64,000 nucleotides of DNA, taken from an uncultured Nocardioides sp. (lineage in GTDB: Bacteria; Actinomycetota; Actinomycetes; Propionibacteriales; Nocardioidaceae). Position numbers and translations under genes: made by a program. Below the pieces are notes generated by a model, which made no database searches, was not told the origin of the DNA, and saw nothing but the letters and a program-made list of their open reading frames with translations. Every line of letters starts with the position of its first letter. Positions within the stretch are counted from its first letter, which is position 1. This document shows positions 31,316 through 42,909 of this stretch, piece by piece. Location: positions 262-64,261 of the forward strand of contig CAZAQE010000028.1 in the NCBI GenBank assembly GCA_964487275.1, written 5' to 3'.

Positions 31316-33391
31316 TCAGCGAGCCGCGAACGCGACCACGACCGAGGGGCGCGGGAACGCGTCGGTGTGCGGCCAGGTGCTCGCCTGGTTCTCGAACGTG
31401 GCACCGTCGATCTCGCCGGGGTGCTGGACGGCGACGAACAGCGAGCGGTCGTCGTCGGCGATCAGCGGGCCGCAGGCCTCGGCACCCTTCGGCACCGTGC
31501 AGAACTGCTGCACCTGGCCACGGTTCGGGCCGGAGACGGGCACGCGGAACACGCCGTCGTTGCTGCCGAGCACGTTGCCGTCGGTGGAGACCCACAGGTT
31601 GCCGGCGCTGTCGAAGGCGACGTTGTCCGGGCAGCTGATCGGGCTGACCTTGGTCTTGTCGAAGCCGCCGAACCACGTCTCCGGTGCGGCCGGGTCGCCG
31701 CACACGAGGAAGAGGTCCCACGTGAAGGTCGTCGCCGCGTGGTCGCCGCCGTCGGGAGTCATCTCGAGCACGTAGCCGTTGCGGTTGCCCTTGGCCGTGG
31801 TCAACGGCGCCGCGATGCTGGCGCGCACCTGCGACGACGCGAGCGGGTTGGCCTCGTCGGTCGGGTACTTCACGCCCCGGTCCGAGTTGTTGGTCAGGGC
31901 GGCGTACACCTTGCCGTTGACCGGGTTGGGCTCGACGTCCTCGGGACGGTCCATCTTCGTGGGCGCGACCTTGTCGGCCGCGAGGCGGGTGAAGAGCAGC
32001 ACGTCCTGCACCGACATGCCGGGCACGAACGACTGGGAGTCGGAGGTCAGCGGCAACCAGGTGCCGGTGCCGTCGAACTGGCCGTCCTCCGTGCCGTCGC
32101 CGACCAGCTTCGCGACGTACAGCGTGCCCGTGGTGAGGAGGGTGAGGTTGTGGGCGCGCGCGGCCCGGGTGCCGGAGCCGTCGTACTTCCCGGCCGAGAC
32201 GAACTTGTAGAGGTAGTCGCCGCGCTCGTCGTCGCCCATGTAGGCCACGGCATGGCCGTCGGCGGAGAGCGCGATGTTGGCGCCTTCGTGCTTGAAGCGG
32301 CCGAGCATCGTGTGCTTCTTCGGGGTGGAGGTCGGGTCGTAGGGGTCGACCTCGACGATCCAGCCGAACCGGTGCGGCTCGTGCGGCTCCTTCGACAGGT
32401 CGAAACGCGGGTCGACGCTGCCCCAGCCCCGGCCGGAGCCGCTGATGCCGTAGCGCGCGTACTGCGTGGCGTAGCGGGCGTCGAGGCCGGTGCCCTTGTC
32501 GAAGTACTGGTTGAAGTTCTCCTCGCCCGACAGCACCGTGCCCCAGGGGGTGGTGCCGCCGGCGCAGTTGTTGAACGTGCCGAGGACGTTCTTGCCGGCC
32601 GGGTCGGCCGTGGTGCGCACCCGCGCGTCGCCGACGACCGGGCCGGTCAGCTCGAAGGTGGTCGCGTCGTGGAGGCGGCGGTTCTCCCTCGCATGCCCCA
32701 GGCCGGTGCGCTTCCACGAGCCGGCGGGCTTGTGGCGGCGCACCTTCACCACGGACATGCCGTGGTTGGCGATCGCGATCCGCTTGATGTCGTCGGCCGA
32801 GTAGGTACCGGTCGGGAACATGAGGTTCTCGTCGGTGTACTCGTGGTTGACCACCAGCAGCGCCTCGTCGTCGCCGAGCGGGAGCAGGCCGACGTAGTCG
32901 CAGTTGTAGCCGAACTGCTTGCGGGCGGCCTCGACGGACTGCGCGAAGACGTCGAACTCGGGGGCACCCTTCACGACCGGGTCACCCCAGCGGATGACGA
33001 CGTCGTGGTCGAAGCCCTTGGGCGTGGTGAAGGCGTCGAGCTTGTTCGGCTCGACCGGGGCGAACGCCGCGGCGCCGAGGGTGCCGGCCGAGGTCGGCGC
33101 GCCCGGGCGGCGCGGGGCCGACGTCGCGGCGGCAGCGAGGCCGCCCGACTGCACGACGCCGCCGACGAGGAGCGCGCCGGCCGTCATCGAGCCACCCCGG
33201 AGGAAGCTGCGCCGACCGACCGCACGGGCGATCTCGTCACGAACGTGACCGTGGTCGGTCGGGTTGGGCTCCGGCTGGTCGCAGGCGTTGCCGCAGCGGA
33301 AGAAGCAGGTCATGTGGGAGCGCGAACCGTGGCGGTTGCCCTGGTCGACCAGGGACAGGAGCGGACGGTTCTCGGGACGCGCAGAAGTCAT
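31316..33391 (-). CDS. phoX: PhoX-family phosphatase (DUF839), Tat-secreted
   Basis: Trimmed from the fused track ORF 31316..34630 to the ATG at 33391. Tat motif GRRSFLRGGSMTAGALL. Beta-propeller-like body (NCAGGTTPWGTVLSGEEN, RFGWIVEVDP, MDRPEDVE). Confidence 0.85.
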   Translation of the reverse strand: MTSARPENRPLLSLVDQGNRHGSRSHMTCFFRCGNACDQPEPNPTDHGHVRDEIARAVGRRSFLRGGSMTAGALLVGGVVQSGGLAAAATSAPRRPGAPTSAGTLGAAAFAPVEPNKLDAFTTPKGFDHDVVIRWGDPVVKGAPEFDVFAQSVEAARKQFGYNCDYVGLLPLGDDEALLVVNHEYTDENLMFPTGTYSADDIKRIAIANHGMSVVKVRRHKPAGSWKRTGLGHARENRRLHDATTFELTGPVVGDARVRTTADPAGKNVLGTFNNCAGGTTPWGTVLSGEENFNQYFDKGTGLDARYATQYARYGISGSGRGWGSVDPRFDLSKEPHEPHRFGWIVEVDPYDPTSTPKKHTMLGRFKHEGANIALSADGHAVAYMGDDERGDYLYKFVSAGKYDGSGTRAARAHNLTLLTTGTLYVAKLVGDGTEDGQFDGTGTWLPLTSDSQSFVPGMSVQDVLLFTRLAADKVAPTKMDRPEDVEPNPVNGKVYAALTNNSDRGVKYPTDEANPLASSQVRASIAAPLTTAKGNRNGYVLEMTPDGGDHAATTFTWDLFLVCGDPAAPETWFGGFDKTKVSPISCPDNVAFDSAGNLWVSTDGNVLGSNDGVFRVPVSGPNRGQVQQFCTVPKGAEACGPLIADDDRSLFVAVQHPGEIDGATFENQASTWPHTDAFPRPSVVVAFAAR

Positions 33392-33412
33392 GGCCGCAGC
33401 CGACCAGAGGCC

Positions 33413-33452
33413 GGTGAACCGGGACCGGCCCGCAAGTGGCGTGAGGGTGAAG
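33413..33452 (-). promoter_or_regulatory. two (G/C)TTCACC motifs spaced 33 nt apart (3 x 11) upstream of phoX; candidate PHO-box elements
   Basis: The minus strand reads CTTCACC (33452..33446) and GTTCACC (33419..33413), in the phoX/chrA divergent intergenic region. Confidence 0.25.
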
Positions 33453-33490
33453 TGGCGACGGCCCCTGATCGACTGCCGGTCCGGACCGGC

Positions 33491-34648
33491 ATGATGGGCG
33501 CCATGGACCCCCGGCCCGGCTCGGCGCGCGAGGTCGGCGGCCTCTTCCTGCGTCTGGGCACCATCGCCTTCGGTGGACCCGCGGCCCACGTCGCGCTCAT
33601 GCGCGAGGAGCTGGTACGCCGCCGCGCCTGGGTCACCGACGAGCGCTTCGCCGACCTGATGGGCGCGACCAACCTGATCCCCGGCCCCAACTCCACCGAG
33701 CTCGCCATCCACCTCGGCCACGAACGCGCCGGCTGGCGCGGACTGCTCCTCGCCGGGGTCGCCTTCATCCTGCCCGCGGCGCTGATGGTGACCGGCCTCG
33801 CCTGGGCCTACGTCGAGTACGGCGACACCCCCGCCATCGACGGGATCCTCTACGGCGTGGTGCCGGTCGTCGTCGCGATCATCGCCTGGGCGCTGGCCGG
33901 CCTCGGGCGCACGGTGCTGAAGTCCCCCTGGCTCGCGTTGCTCGCGGTGGCGGCCCTGGCGTCGTACCTGCTGGGCGTGAACGAGCTGGTGATCCTCTTC
34001 GGCGGTGCCGCGGTCGCGGCCGCGGCCAGGGGCGCGCACGCGTTGGCCGGCCGCGAGCGGCATCAGCTGCTGGGGCTGCCGCTGCTCGCCGGCACGCCCG
34101 TCTTCGCCGACCCGACCGGCACGCAGCTCGCCGAGCTCTTCCTCACCATGCTGAAGATCGGGTCGGTGCTCTACGGCAGCGGATACGTCATCCTCGCCTT
34201 CCTCGAGGGCGACTTCGTCGACCGGCTGGGCTGGGTGACACGCGACCAGGTCCTCGACGCCGTGTCGATCGGCCAGGTCACGCCCGGCCCGGTGTTCACC
34301 ACCGCGACCTTCCTCGGCTACGTCGTGGCCGGCCTCCCCGGCGCCTTCCTCGCCACCGTGGCGATCTTCCTGCCGTCGTTCGTGTTCGTCGCCCTGCTGA
34401 CCCGGGTCACGGGCTGGCTCCGCTCGCGCCCATGGACCTCGGCACTGCTCGACGGCCTCAACGCCACCGCCCTGGCCCTGATGGCCGGGGTGTCCTTCGA
34501 GCTGGCCAGGACGGGGCTCGTCGACGTGCTCACGGTGGGGCTGTGCGCCGCGACGCTGGTGCTGCTGTGGCGCACCAGGCTCAACAGCGCGTGGTTCATC
34601 GGGTGGGGCGCGCTCGTCGGCGTCGCCCACGTGCTCCTCGGCGGTTGA
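33491..34648 (+). CDS. chrA: chromate transporter (ChrA family)
   Basis: Trimmed from track ORF 30857..34648 to the ATG at 33491. Contains LRLGTIAFGGPAAHVALM and a second CHR repeat VSIGQVTPGPVFTTATFLGY. Confidence 0.88.
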   Translation: MMGAMDPRPGSAREVGGLFLRLGTIAFGGPAAHVALMREELVRRRAWVTDERFADLMGATNLIPGPNSTELAIHLGHERAGWRGLLLAGVAFILPAALMVTGLAWAYVEYGDTPAIDGILYGVVPVVVAIIAWALAGLGRTVLKSPWLALLAVAALASYLLGVNELVILFGGAAVAAAARGAHALAGRERHQLLGLPLLAGTPVFADPTGTQLAELFLTMLKIGSVLYGSGYVILAFLEGDFVDRLGWVTRDQVLDAVSIGQVTPGPVFTTATFLGYVVAGLPGAFLATVAIFLPSFVFVALLTRVTGWLRSRPWTSALLDGLNATALALMAGVSFELARTGLVDVLTVGLCAATLVLLWRTRLNSAWFIGWGALVGVAHVLLGG

Positions 34649-34660
34649 GCCGCGGCGCCC

Positions 34661-35134
34661 CTACCGCACCGGGTGGTGGCTGGTGATCGAGATCCGGTTG
34701 AACGCGTTCATCGTGATCGCGACCCACGCGACCGCGCTGTAGGCCGCGTCGCCGAGGACGGCGCGCGCCATGTCCTCGACGTACGACCGCTCGACCGGCT
34801 CGAGGACCCGCGTGATCGACTCGGCGAGCTCCAGCGCCGCGCGCTCCTGCTCGGTGAACAGGTCCGTCTCCTGCCAGGCGGGCAGCACCGCGATCCGCCG
34901 CTCCGACTCCCCCGCCTCGATCGCCTGCCGGTGGTGCAGGTCGAGGCAGTAGGCGCACCCGTTGATCTGGGAGACCCGCAGGTTGACCAGCTCGACCAGC
35001 GCGCGGCTGATGCCGGCGGCTGCGGCGGCGTCGCCCACCTGCTGGGACAGCGCCACCGCAGCCTTGTACGACGCCGGCTGGGCCTTGTCGAGGAAGACGT
35101 GGCGACGCCGGTCTCCGCCGGCGGGCGCGCTCAT
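34661..35134 (-). CDS. carboxymuconolactone decarboxylase / AhpD-like alkylhydroperoxidase family protein
   Basis: Track ORF trimmed to the ATG at 35134, which is coupled (ATGA) to the upstream gene. CxxC motif in QINGCAYCLDLH. Confidence 0.8.
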   Translation of the reverse strand: MSAPAGGDRRRHVFLDKAQPASYKAAVALSQQVGDAAAAAGISRALVELVNLRVSQINGCAYCLDLHHRQAIEAGESERRIAVLPAWQETDLFTEQERAALELAESITRVLEPVERSYVEDMARAVLGDAAYSAVAWVAITMNAFNRISITSHHPVR

Positions 35135-35430
35135 GCCGCGGGGTCGGTGATGTCGTCGTACTCGGGGTGCTTGGTCAGCCACTTCGCGACGTAGGGGCAG
35201 TGGGCGATGATGCGCTTGCCCCGGGCCCGGACGTCCGCGAGGGCGAACTCGACGACGCCGCCGGCGAGCCCCTGGCCGGCGTACCTGTCATCGACCTCGG
35301 TGTGGACGAAGTCGACGTGCTCGTCGTCAGGCAGGCGGTACTGCGTGAAGCCCGCGAGCTCGCCGCCGTCGCGGATCTCGTAGCGATGGTGCTCGGGGGC
35401 GTGGACGTAGGTGATCGCCGGATCGGTCAT
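35131..35430 (-). CDS. small GNAT-family N-acetyltransferase (YjdJ-type)
   Basis: ATG at 35430. Sequence ...VDFVHTEVDDRYAGQGLAGGVVEFALADVRARGKRIIAHCPYV. Confidence 0.75.
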   Translation of the reverse strand: MTDPAITYVHAPEHHRYEIRDGGELAGFTQYRLPDDEHVDFVHTEVDDRYAGQGLAGGVVEFALADVRARGKRIIAHCPYVAKWLTKHPEYDDITDPAA

Positions 35431-35509
35431 GGCGCCATCCTGCCGGGATGCACCGGAAAACACACGGAGGCCGCCCCGATCGGGACGGCCTCCGGCGTGG
35501 TGCGGTCGA

Positions 35510-37738
<2,229 letters not shown>

Positions 37739-37742
37739 TCAC

Positions 37743-38174
37743 TCAGGTGCGGACGGAACAGTCGGGGCAGACGCCCCAGTAGATGACCTCGGCCTCGTCG
37801 ATGACGAACCCGCGGGAGTCGGACGCCGTCAGGCACGGCACGTGCCCCACGGCGCAGTCCACGTCGGCGATCGAGCCGCACGAGCGGCACACGACGTGGT
37901 GGTGGTTGTCGCCGGTGCGCGTCTCGTAGCGCGCGACGGAGCCCGCCGGCTTGATGCTGCGCACGAGGCCGGACTCGGTCAGGGTGTGCAGCGAGTCGTA
38001 GACCGCCTGGTGCGACACGTCCGGGAGCAGGGCCCGCGCCGCGGAGATGACCGACTCGGTGTCGGCATGCGGGTGGGCGTGCACGGCCTCGAGGACGGCC
38101 AGCCGGGGTCGGGTGACCCGGAGCGCGACGTCCCGCAGCAGCTGCTGGAAGTCGGGCTGGTCCATGCCGGCCAT
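37743..38174 (-). CDS. furA: Fur-family transcriptional regulator (FurA type, upstream of katG)
   Basis: Trimmed to the ATG at 38174. Contains RVTRPRLAVLEAV, HHHVVCRSCG and CPDC metal sites. Position immediately upstream of katG. Confidence 0.88.
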   Translation of the reverse strand: MAGMDQPDFQQLLRDVALRVTRPRLAVLEAVHAHPHADTESVISAARALLPDVSHQAVYDSLHTLTESGLVRSIKPAGSVARYETRTGDNHHHVVCRSCGSIADVDCAVGHVPCLTASDSRGFVIDEAEVIYWGVCPDCSVRT

Positions 38175-38185
38175 CCTGCCACTTT

Positions 38186-38202
38186 TCTTGAATGAGTCAA
38201 GA
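38186..38202. promoter_or_regulatory. palindrome TCTTGA-ATGAG-TCAAGA 12 nt upstream of furA; candidate FurA autoregulatory operator
   Basis: Perfect 6-bp inverted repeat in an A/T-richer patch of the furA 5' region. Confidence 0.35.
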
Positions 38203-38266
38203 CTCCACGCCAAGGAGTCCCGCGAGTCCTGCGGGTGTTCCCCGGGCTTCCGGGTACCGACGCCCC

Positions 38267-38449
38267 ATGGACCTTTCACCTGCCTGGCTGATCGTGGGAA
38301 TCGTCGTTGCCCTCTTCATCGTGGGCGGGCTCGTCTTCGCCTTCGTCGCCGACCGCAACCGCAACGAGGACGTTGCGCACGACACCGAACGCCTCGACCC
38401 CGACCCGACCAGTCCGCCGACCGACCCGTCGAGCCGCCACGGCGGCTGA
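38267..38449 (+). CDS. small single-pass membrane protein (60 aa)
   Basis: ATG at 38267 within track ORF 38192..38449. Sequence MDLSPAWLIVGIVVALFIVGGLVFAFV.... Confidence 0.4.
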   Translation: MDLSPAWLIVGIVVALFIVGGLVFAFVADRNRNEDVAHDTERLDPDPTSPPTDPSSRHGG

Positions 38450-38525
38450 CGTCGTACGACGTCGGCACGGCTCGCGGTGCTGACCACCCCGCGGCGGGTC
38501 GGCGCCGTGCCGCTACGGTCGGTGC

Positions 38526-39125
38526 ATGGCACACCGCATGAGGCTCCGGCGCACGATCGCCCGAGGCGCGCTCCGCGCGACGAGGTGGCGGCTCGTCGGT
38601 GACGTGCCGAAGGGCGGCGGGATCCTCGTCGGCGCTCCGCACACGTCCCAGTGGGACTGGGTCGCGATGCTGATGATCGCGTGGGCCAACGGGGTGCGAC
38701 CGCACGTCTTGGTGGCCGACCGCTACTTCAAGGGCGTGGTCGGCTGGGTGCTGCGCCGGACCGGCGGGATCCCGCTCGACCGGTCGAGCCCGGGAGCCAC
38801 CATCCGCGCGCTGCTCGCCGCTGCCGAGACCGACGACGCCTTCCAGCTGGTCATCGCACCCGAGGGCACCCGGAGCACGGGCGAGTTCTGGAAGCCCGGC
38901 TTCTACCGCATCTCCCAGCAGACCGGGCTGCCCATCAGCCTGGGCTTCGTCGACGGCCCGACGCGCACCCTGGGCATGGGGCCGACCTTCCACCCCACCG
39001 GCGACGTGGTCGCCGACATGGACCTGGTCCGCGCCTTCTACGCCGACAAGCGCGGCGTCCGCCCCGAGAACCGCACCGAGCCGCGGCTACGCGAGGAGTC
39101 GACGGAGACCCCGCCGGACGCCTGA
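38526..39125 (+). CDS. 1-acyl-sn-glycerol-3-phosphate acyltransferase family protein
   Basis: 199 aa. HxxxxD motif (HTSQWD) and PEGTRS. Confidence 0.8.
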   Translation: MAHRMRLRRTIARGALRATRWRLVGDVPKGGGILVGAPHTSQWDWVAMLMIAWANGVRPHVLVADRYFKGVVGWVLRRTGGIPLDRSSPGATIRALLAAAETDDAFQLVIAPEGTRSTGEFWKPGFYRISQQTGLPISLGFVDGPTRTLGMGPTFHPTGDVVADMDLVRAFYADKRGVRPENRTEPRLREESTETPPDA

Positions 39126-40286
39126 GCCGTCGGCCCCGGCGCCGACCGTGCCAGCACTCCCCCGCAGGCCCCACCAGACGCTGGCGACGAGCAGCCCCAG
39201 CGCCGTCAGCACGTAGGCGTTGCCGGCGATCCCTTCAACGAAGCTCCAGTCGTACTCCCGCCCATGGCGGAAGGGCGACCACCAGACCGCTCGGGAGCAC
39301 GCCACCGCGGCCACGCCGCCCGCGACCACGCGGGCGCGCGGAAGGCCGCTGCACCACAGGGCGATCGTGGTCGGCACCAGCCACACCCAGTGGTGGTCCC
39401 ACGAGATCGGCGAGGCCAGCAACATCCCGTACGCCGCCGTGCACGCCGCGAGCGGCCGGGCCGCCGGGGAGTCCGAGCGCCAGAGCAGGGCGGCGCCGGC
39501 GAGGGCCACCACGCCCGTCGTACCGGCCACGACGAACCACAGCGAGGTGGGCGCCTCGTGCCCCAGCAAGCGGCTCAGGAAGCCCAGCACGGACTGGTTG
39601 CCGGCGTACTCCACCCCGCCGACGCGCCCCGGGTCCCAGAGCACGTCGGTCCAGTACGCCCAGGAGGCGCCCGGTGCGGCGACGGCACCGACGAGGACGG
39701 TGGCCGCGAAGCTCGCGACCGTGGTGCCGGCCGCGCGGCGGCGCCCCACGACCAGGAAGAACGCGACGAAGAAGAGCGGCGTGAGCTTGATGCCCGCCGC
39801 GAGGCCGACCAGCCAGCCGGCGTGCTTGCGGTCAGGGCGCAGGACGTCGGCCAGGATCGCCGCCATCAGGAACAGGTTGACCTGACCGAAGGAGAAAGTC
39901 GACCAGACGGGTTGCGAGGCCAGCGCCGCCACGACGGCTGCCGGCAGCACCATCCCCGTCGGGGCCGCGCCACAGGCGCGCAGCACCAGGTCCAGGGTGA
40001 ATGCCAACACCACCACGCAGGCCGCCGCCCACAGGCAGGCGCTCAGCCAGATCGGCAGCACCGCGAGCGGCAGCATCAGCACCGCAGCGAAGGGCGGGTA
40101 CGTGAAGGGCAGGTCCGCGACCTGGAAGCGCACCCCGTAGAGGTCGCCACCGAACAGGGCGCCGGCGCCGAGCTCGTAGACCCGCAGGTCGATGAACCAG
40201 CTCCAGCGCCAGGCCAGCACGCCGCACAGCAGCCCGACGGCGAGGGCCAGGGCGGCGACCAGGCGATGGGGGGTACGCGTCTCCAC
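39087..40286 (-). CDS. polytopic glycosyltransferase family 87 (DUF2029, mannosyltransferase-like)
   Basis: 399 aa, more than 9 TM helices. N-terminal WSWFIDLRVYELGA...DLY...FTYPPFAA is typical of GT87. Confidence 0.7.
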   Translation of the reverse strand: METRTPHRLVAALALAVGLLCGVLAWRWSWFIDLRVYELGAGALFGGDLYGVRFQVADLPFTYPPFAAVLMLPLAVLPIWLSACLWAAACVVVLAFTLDLVLRACGAAPTGMVLPAAVVAALASQPVWSTFSFGQVNLFLMAAILADVLRPDRKHAGWLVGLAAGIKLTPLFFVAFFLVVGRRRAAGTTVASFAATVLVGAVAAPGASWAYWTDVLWDPGRVGGVEYAGNQSVLGFLSRLLGHEAPTSLWFVVAGTTGVVALAGAALLWRSDSPAARPLAACTAAYGMLLASPISWDHHWVWLVPTTIALWCSGLPRARVVAGGVAAVACSRAVWWSPFRHGREYDWSFVEGIAGNAYVLTALGLLVASVWWGLRGSAGTVGAGADGSGVRRGLRRLLA

Positions 40287-40385
40287 CCGACGAGGCTAGG
40301 TCCGGGGACCGGCCCGTACCGCGGACCGGACGCCGACGTACGGAGTCTTCACCCGATGGTCGCCGGCCCGTCGGTCGGGCCATTC

Positions 40386-40427
40386 CCCAAAACGCAGGAA
40401 GTCCGGGCCCTGGGGCCCGGACTTCCT
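40386..40427 (-). terminator. rho-independent terminator downstream of tRNA-Ala
   Basis: On the minus strand: AGGAAGTCCGGGCC-loop-GGCCCGGACTTCCT followed by GCGTTTTGGGG. Confidence 0.8.
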
Positions 40428-40434
40428 GTCGCGG

Positions 40435-40507
40435 TGGAGGTGAGGGGACTCGAACCCCTGACCCCCTGCATGCCATGCAGGTGCGCTACCAGCTGCGCCA
40501 CACCCCC
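40435..40507 (-). tRNA. tRNA-Ala (anticodon GGC)
   Basis: The minus strand reads GGGGGTGTGGCGCAGCTGGTAGCGCACCTGCATGGCATGCAGGGGGTCAGGGGTTCGAGTCCCCTCACCTCCA. It folds as a cloverleaf: 7-bp acceptor stem with the G3:U70 alanine identity pair, D-stem GCGC/GCGC, anticodon loop AUGGCAU, T-loop TTCGAGT. CCA is not fully encoded. Confidence 0.93.
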
Positions 40508-40599
40508 GCACTCGTTGCTCCACCCGAAGGCGGGGCAACGGGTAGGAATACTAGCCAACCCATCCGGCGAAGGTGAAATCCGGGGGTCGGTTTCCTGCC

Positions 40600-41202
40600 T
40601 CAGGCGTTGTACGACGCCAGCGCCCACGCGCCCGTCGTGCGCTGCTCGAGCACGACCCGTCCGCAGTTGCCCAGGGCGCGCAGGTCACGCGCCTGCGCCA
40701 GCGGCCACCCGAAGAAGGCGACGAGGCCGGTGCGCGTGGCGGCGCCGTGCGAGACGGCGACCCCGCACTCCCCCGGGCCGAGGGCGGCGGCGAGCTCACG
40801 CAGGCAGGCCACGTAGCGCTCGGCGACCTCCCGGGGCGACTCGGCGCCGGGGATGCCCTCCCACTCGCCGTTGCGGAAGCGGGTGAACGCGGCCGGGTCG
40901 CGCGCCTCGATCTCGGCGTGGGTCAGGCCCTGGAGCTCGCCCAGACGGAACTCCCGCAGGCGCTCGTCGTACGACGGCACGAGTCCGCACTCCTTGGCGA
41001 CCACCTCCGCGGTCACCCGCGCGCGGACCAGGTCGCTGGTCCACACCAGCGACGGGGACAGCTCCGCGACCAGCGGGGCGACGGCGCGGGCCTGCTCGAG
41101 GCCGATCTCGTCGAGCTCGGTGTCGAGCTGGCCCTGGACGCGGTGTGCGGCGTTCCAGGCGGTCCGGCCGTGGCGCAGCAGGACGATCCGGCGCGGGCTC
41201 AT
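40600..41202 (-). CDS. histidine phosphatase family protein (GpmB-like)
   Basis: 200 aa with the RHG motif LLRHGRTAWN. Confidence 0.85.
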   Translation of the reverse strand: MSPRRIVLLRHGRTAWNAAHRVQGQLDTELDEIGLEQARAVAPLVAELSPSLVWTSDLVRARVTAEVVAKECGLVPSYDERLREFRLGELQGLTHAEIEARDPAAFTRFRNGEWEGIPGAESPREVAERYVACLRELAAALGPGECGVAVSHGAATRTGLVAFFGWPLAQARDLRALGNCGRVVLEQRTTGAWALASYNA

Positions 41203-41582
41203 TCGGCGGTGGCGGGCCCGTTGATCTCGGCCGGCAGCTCGATGGCCGGGCAGTCGCGCCAGAGCCGCTCGAGTGCGTAGAACTCGCGCTCCTCGGCATG
41301 CTGCACGTGGATCACGACGTCGCCGTAGTCGAGCAGCACCCAGCGGCCGTCGCGGTGGCCCTCGCGGCGGATCGGCTTGGCGCCGAGCTCGCGGAGCTTG
41401 TCCTCGACCTCCTCGACGATGGCGCGGACCTGCCGGTCGTTGCCGCCGGAGGCGAGCAGGAAGGCGTCGGTGATCGCGAGCTGCTCGCTCACGTCGAACG
41501 CGAGCTGGTCGGTGGCGAGCTTGTCGGACGCCGCGACCGCGGCGGCGCGGATCAGCTCGACAGCGTGCTCAGAGGCGGTCAT
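41199..41582 (-). CDS. rsfS: ribosome silencing factor
   Basis: 127 aa. Sequence ...[28 protein letters not shown]. Coupled to nadD upstream. Confidence 0.92.
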   Translation of the reverse strand: MTASEHAVELIRAAAVAASDKLATDQLAFDVSEQLAITDAFLLASGGNDRQVRAIVEEVEDKLRELGAKPIRREGHRDGRWVLLDYGDVVIHVQHAEEREFYALERLWRDCPAIELPAEINGPATAE

Positions 41583-42211
41583 TCAGGTTCCGTTCCAGTG
41601 GTGCCGGGCGGGTAGAGCCCGTGCTTGGTGATGTATTGCACGACGCCGTCCGGGACGAGGTACCAGACCGGCTGGCCGGCCCGCTGCCGCTCGCGGCAGT
41701 CCGTCGACGAGATCGCCAGCGCCGGCACCTCCACCATGGTCACACGATCGTGCGGAATCTTCGCCAACGTCGCGGGGTCCATGTCGGCCCCCGGCCGGGT
41801 GCAGCCGACGAAGTGGGCCAGGTCGAAGACCTCGTCGGCGTCGCGCCAGCTGAAGATGTCGGTGAGCGCGTCGGCACCGGTGATGAAGTAGAGGTCGGCC
41901 CCGGGACGCTCGGCCCGCAGGTCCCGCAACGTGTCGATCGTGTAGGTCGGGCCGGCCCGGTCGATGTCGACGCGGCTCACCGTGAACCGGGGGTTCGCGG
42001 CGGTCGCGATGACCGTCATCAGGTAGCGGTGCTCCGCGGGCGACACCTCACGGTCGGCCTTCTGCCAGGGCTGGCCGGTCGGCACGAAGACGACCTCGTC
42101 GAGGTCGAACCAGCCCTGGACCTCCGAGGCGGCGACGAGGTGGCCGTGGTGGATCGGGTCGAACGTGCCGCCCATCACCCCGACGCGGGTGCGCCCGTCC
42201 GGCCCCGGCAA
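41579..42211 (-). CDS. nadD: nicotinate-nucleotide adenylyltransferase
   Basis: 210 aa with [11 protein letters not shown] and ISSTDCR motifs. Confidence 0.93.
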   Translation of the reverse strand: MPGPDGRTRVGVMGGTFDPIHHGHLVAASEVQGWFDLDEVVFVPTGQPWQKADREVSPAEHRYLMTVIATAANPRFTVSRVDIDRAGPTYTIDTLRDLRAERPGADLYFITGADALTDIFSWRDADEVFDLAHFVGCTRPGADMDPATLAKIPHDRVTMVEVPALAISSTDCRERQRAGQPVWYLVPDGVVQYITKHGLYPPGTTGTEPE

Positions 42212-42233
42212 CTGCAGTCCCTTCGCCGGGACG

Positions 42234-42398
42234 TCAGCTGTGGTCGCGGCCGCCGCCGAACCAGACGAGGCCGAGCAGCAGGAAGAGGAGGAAGGCCAGC
42301 GTGCCGCCGCCGATGATCCACGGGTTCACGGCGGGCTCGCCGTGCTCCTCGGCGGCGCTGACGACGGCGAGGGCGGTGAGGCTGATCTGGCTGAGCAT
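42234..42398 (-). CDS. possible small membrane protein (54 aa)
   Basis: Sequence [54 protein letters not shown]. Below the track threshold; fills the gap upstream of nadD. Confidence 0.35.
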   Translation of the reverse strand: MLSQISLTALAVVSAAEEHGEPAVNPWIIGGGTLAFLLFLLLGLVWFGGGRDHS

Positions 42399-42441
42399 GG
42401 CCCGGATCCTATCGGAGGGTCCGGGGCGCGCGCCGCCCAGA

Positions 42442-42903
42442 TCAGTGGATGGCGAAGTCGACGCCCAGGAACAGGAGCGTGAACCGGATCGTGCGACCGA
42501 CGAAGACGGTGGGGATGAAGGCCCACAAGGGCATCTTCAGGATGCCGCCCACGGCCGCCATCGCGAGCAGCGGAGGGATGCCGGCCGACGCGGCGAGGAA
42601 CATGATGGCGACGGCGTACCAGGGGCGGCCCTGCATCCGACCCATCCACTTCTCGTACGACGCCTTCACCTTCGGGGCCGAGAGCTTCTTCTTCGCCCAC
42701 GTCGACTCGGACCCGCGGCGCGCGGCCTCGTAGACGATCACCTTGCCGACCGTCGCGCCGGCACCGGCGGCGATGCCGAGGGAGACGGCGGCCGCGACAC
42801 CGGGCTCGGCCGCACCCGCACCGAGGATGTAGACCTCGATCGGGAGGAACGGGAGCAGCGCGGACAGGAGGCTGAACGCGAACGTCGTCAGCCACAGGAT
42901 CAT
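42442..42903 (-). CDS. VTT-domain (DedA/YqaA-like) membrane protein
   Basis: 153 aa, four hydrophobic helices, N-terminal LPFLPIEVYILGAG. Confidence 0.6.
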   Translation of the reverse strand: MILWLTTFAFSLLSALLPFLPIEVYILGAGAAEPGVAAAVSLGIAAGAGATVGKVIVYEAARRGSESTWAKKKLSAPKVKASYEKWMGRMQGRPWYAVAIMFLAASAGIPPLLAMAAVGGILKMPLWAFIPTVFVGRTIRFTLLFLGVDFAIH

Positions 42904-42909
42904 GCCGGA

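Noticed and set aside
30857-34648. 1263-aa plus-strand ORF and the 1104-aa minus-strand ORF 31316..34630
   Set aside because: Both are fusions of a real gene with antisense read-through. Only 33491..34648 (chrA) and 31316..33391 (phoX) have coherent protein sequence, start codons and signal motifs.
40386-40600. tRNA-Ala as an integration hotspot carrying an island
   Set aside because: The tRNA is intact and followed at once by its own terminator and ordinary housekeeping genes. There is no duplicated tRNA 3' end or integrase nearby.
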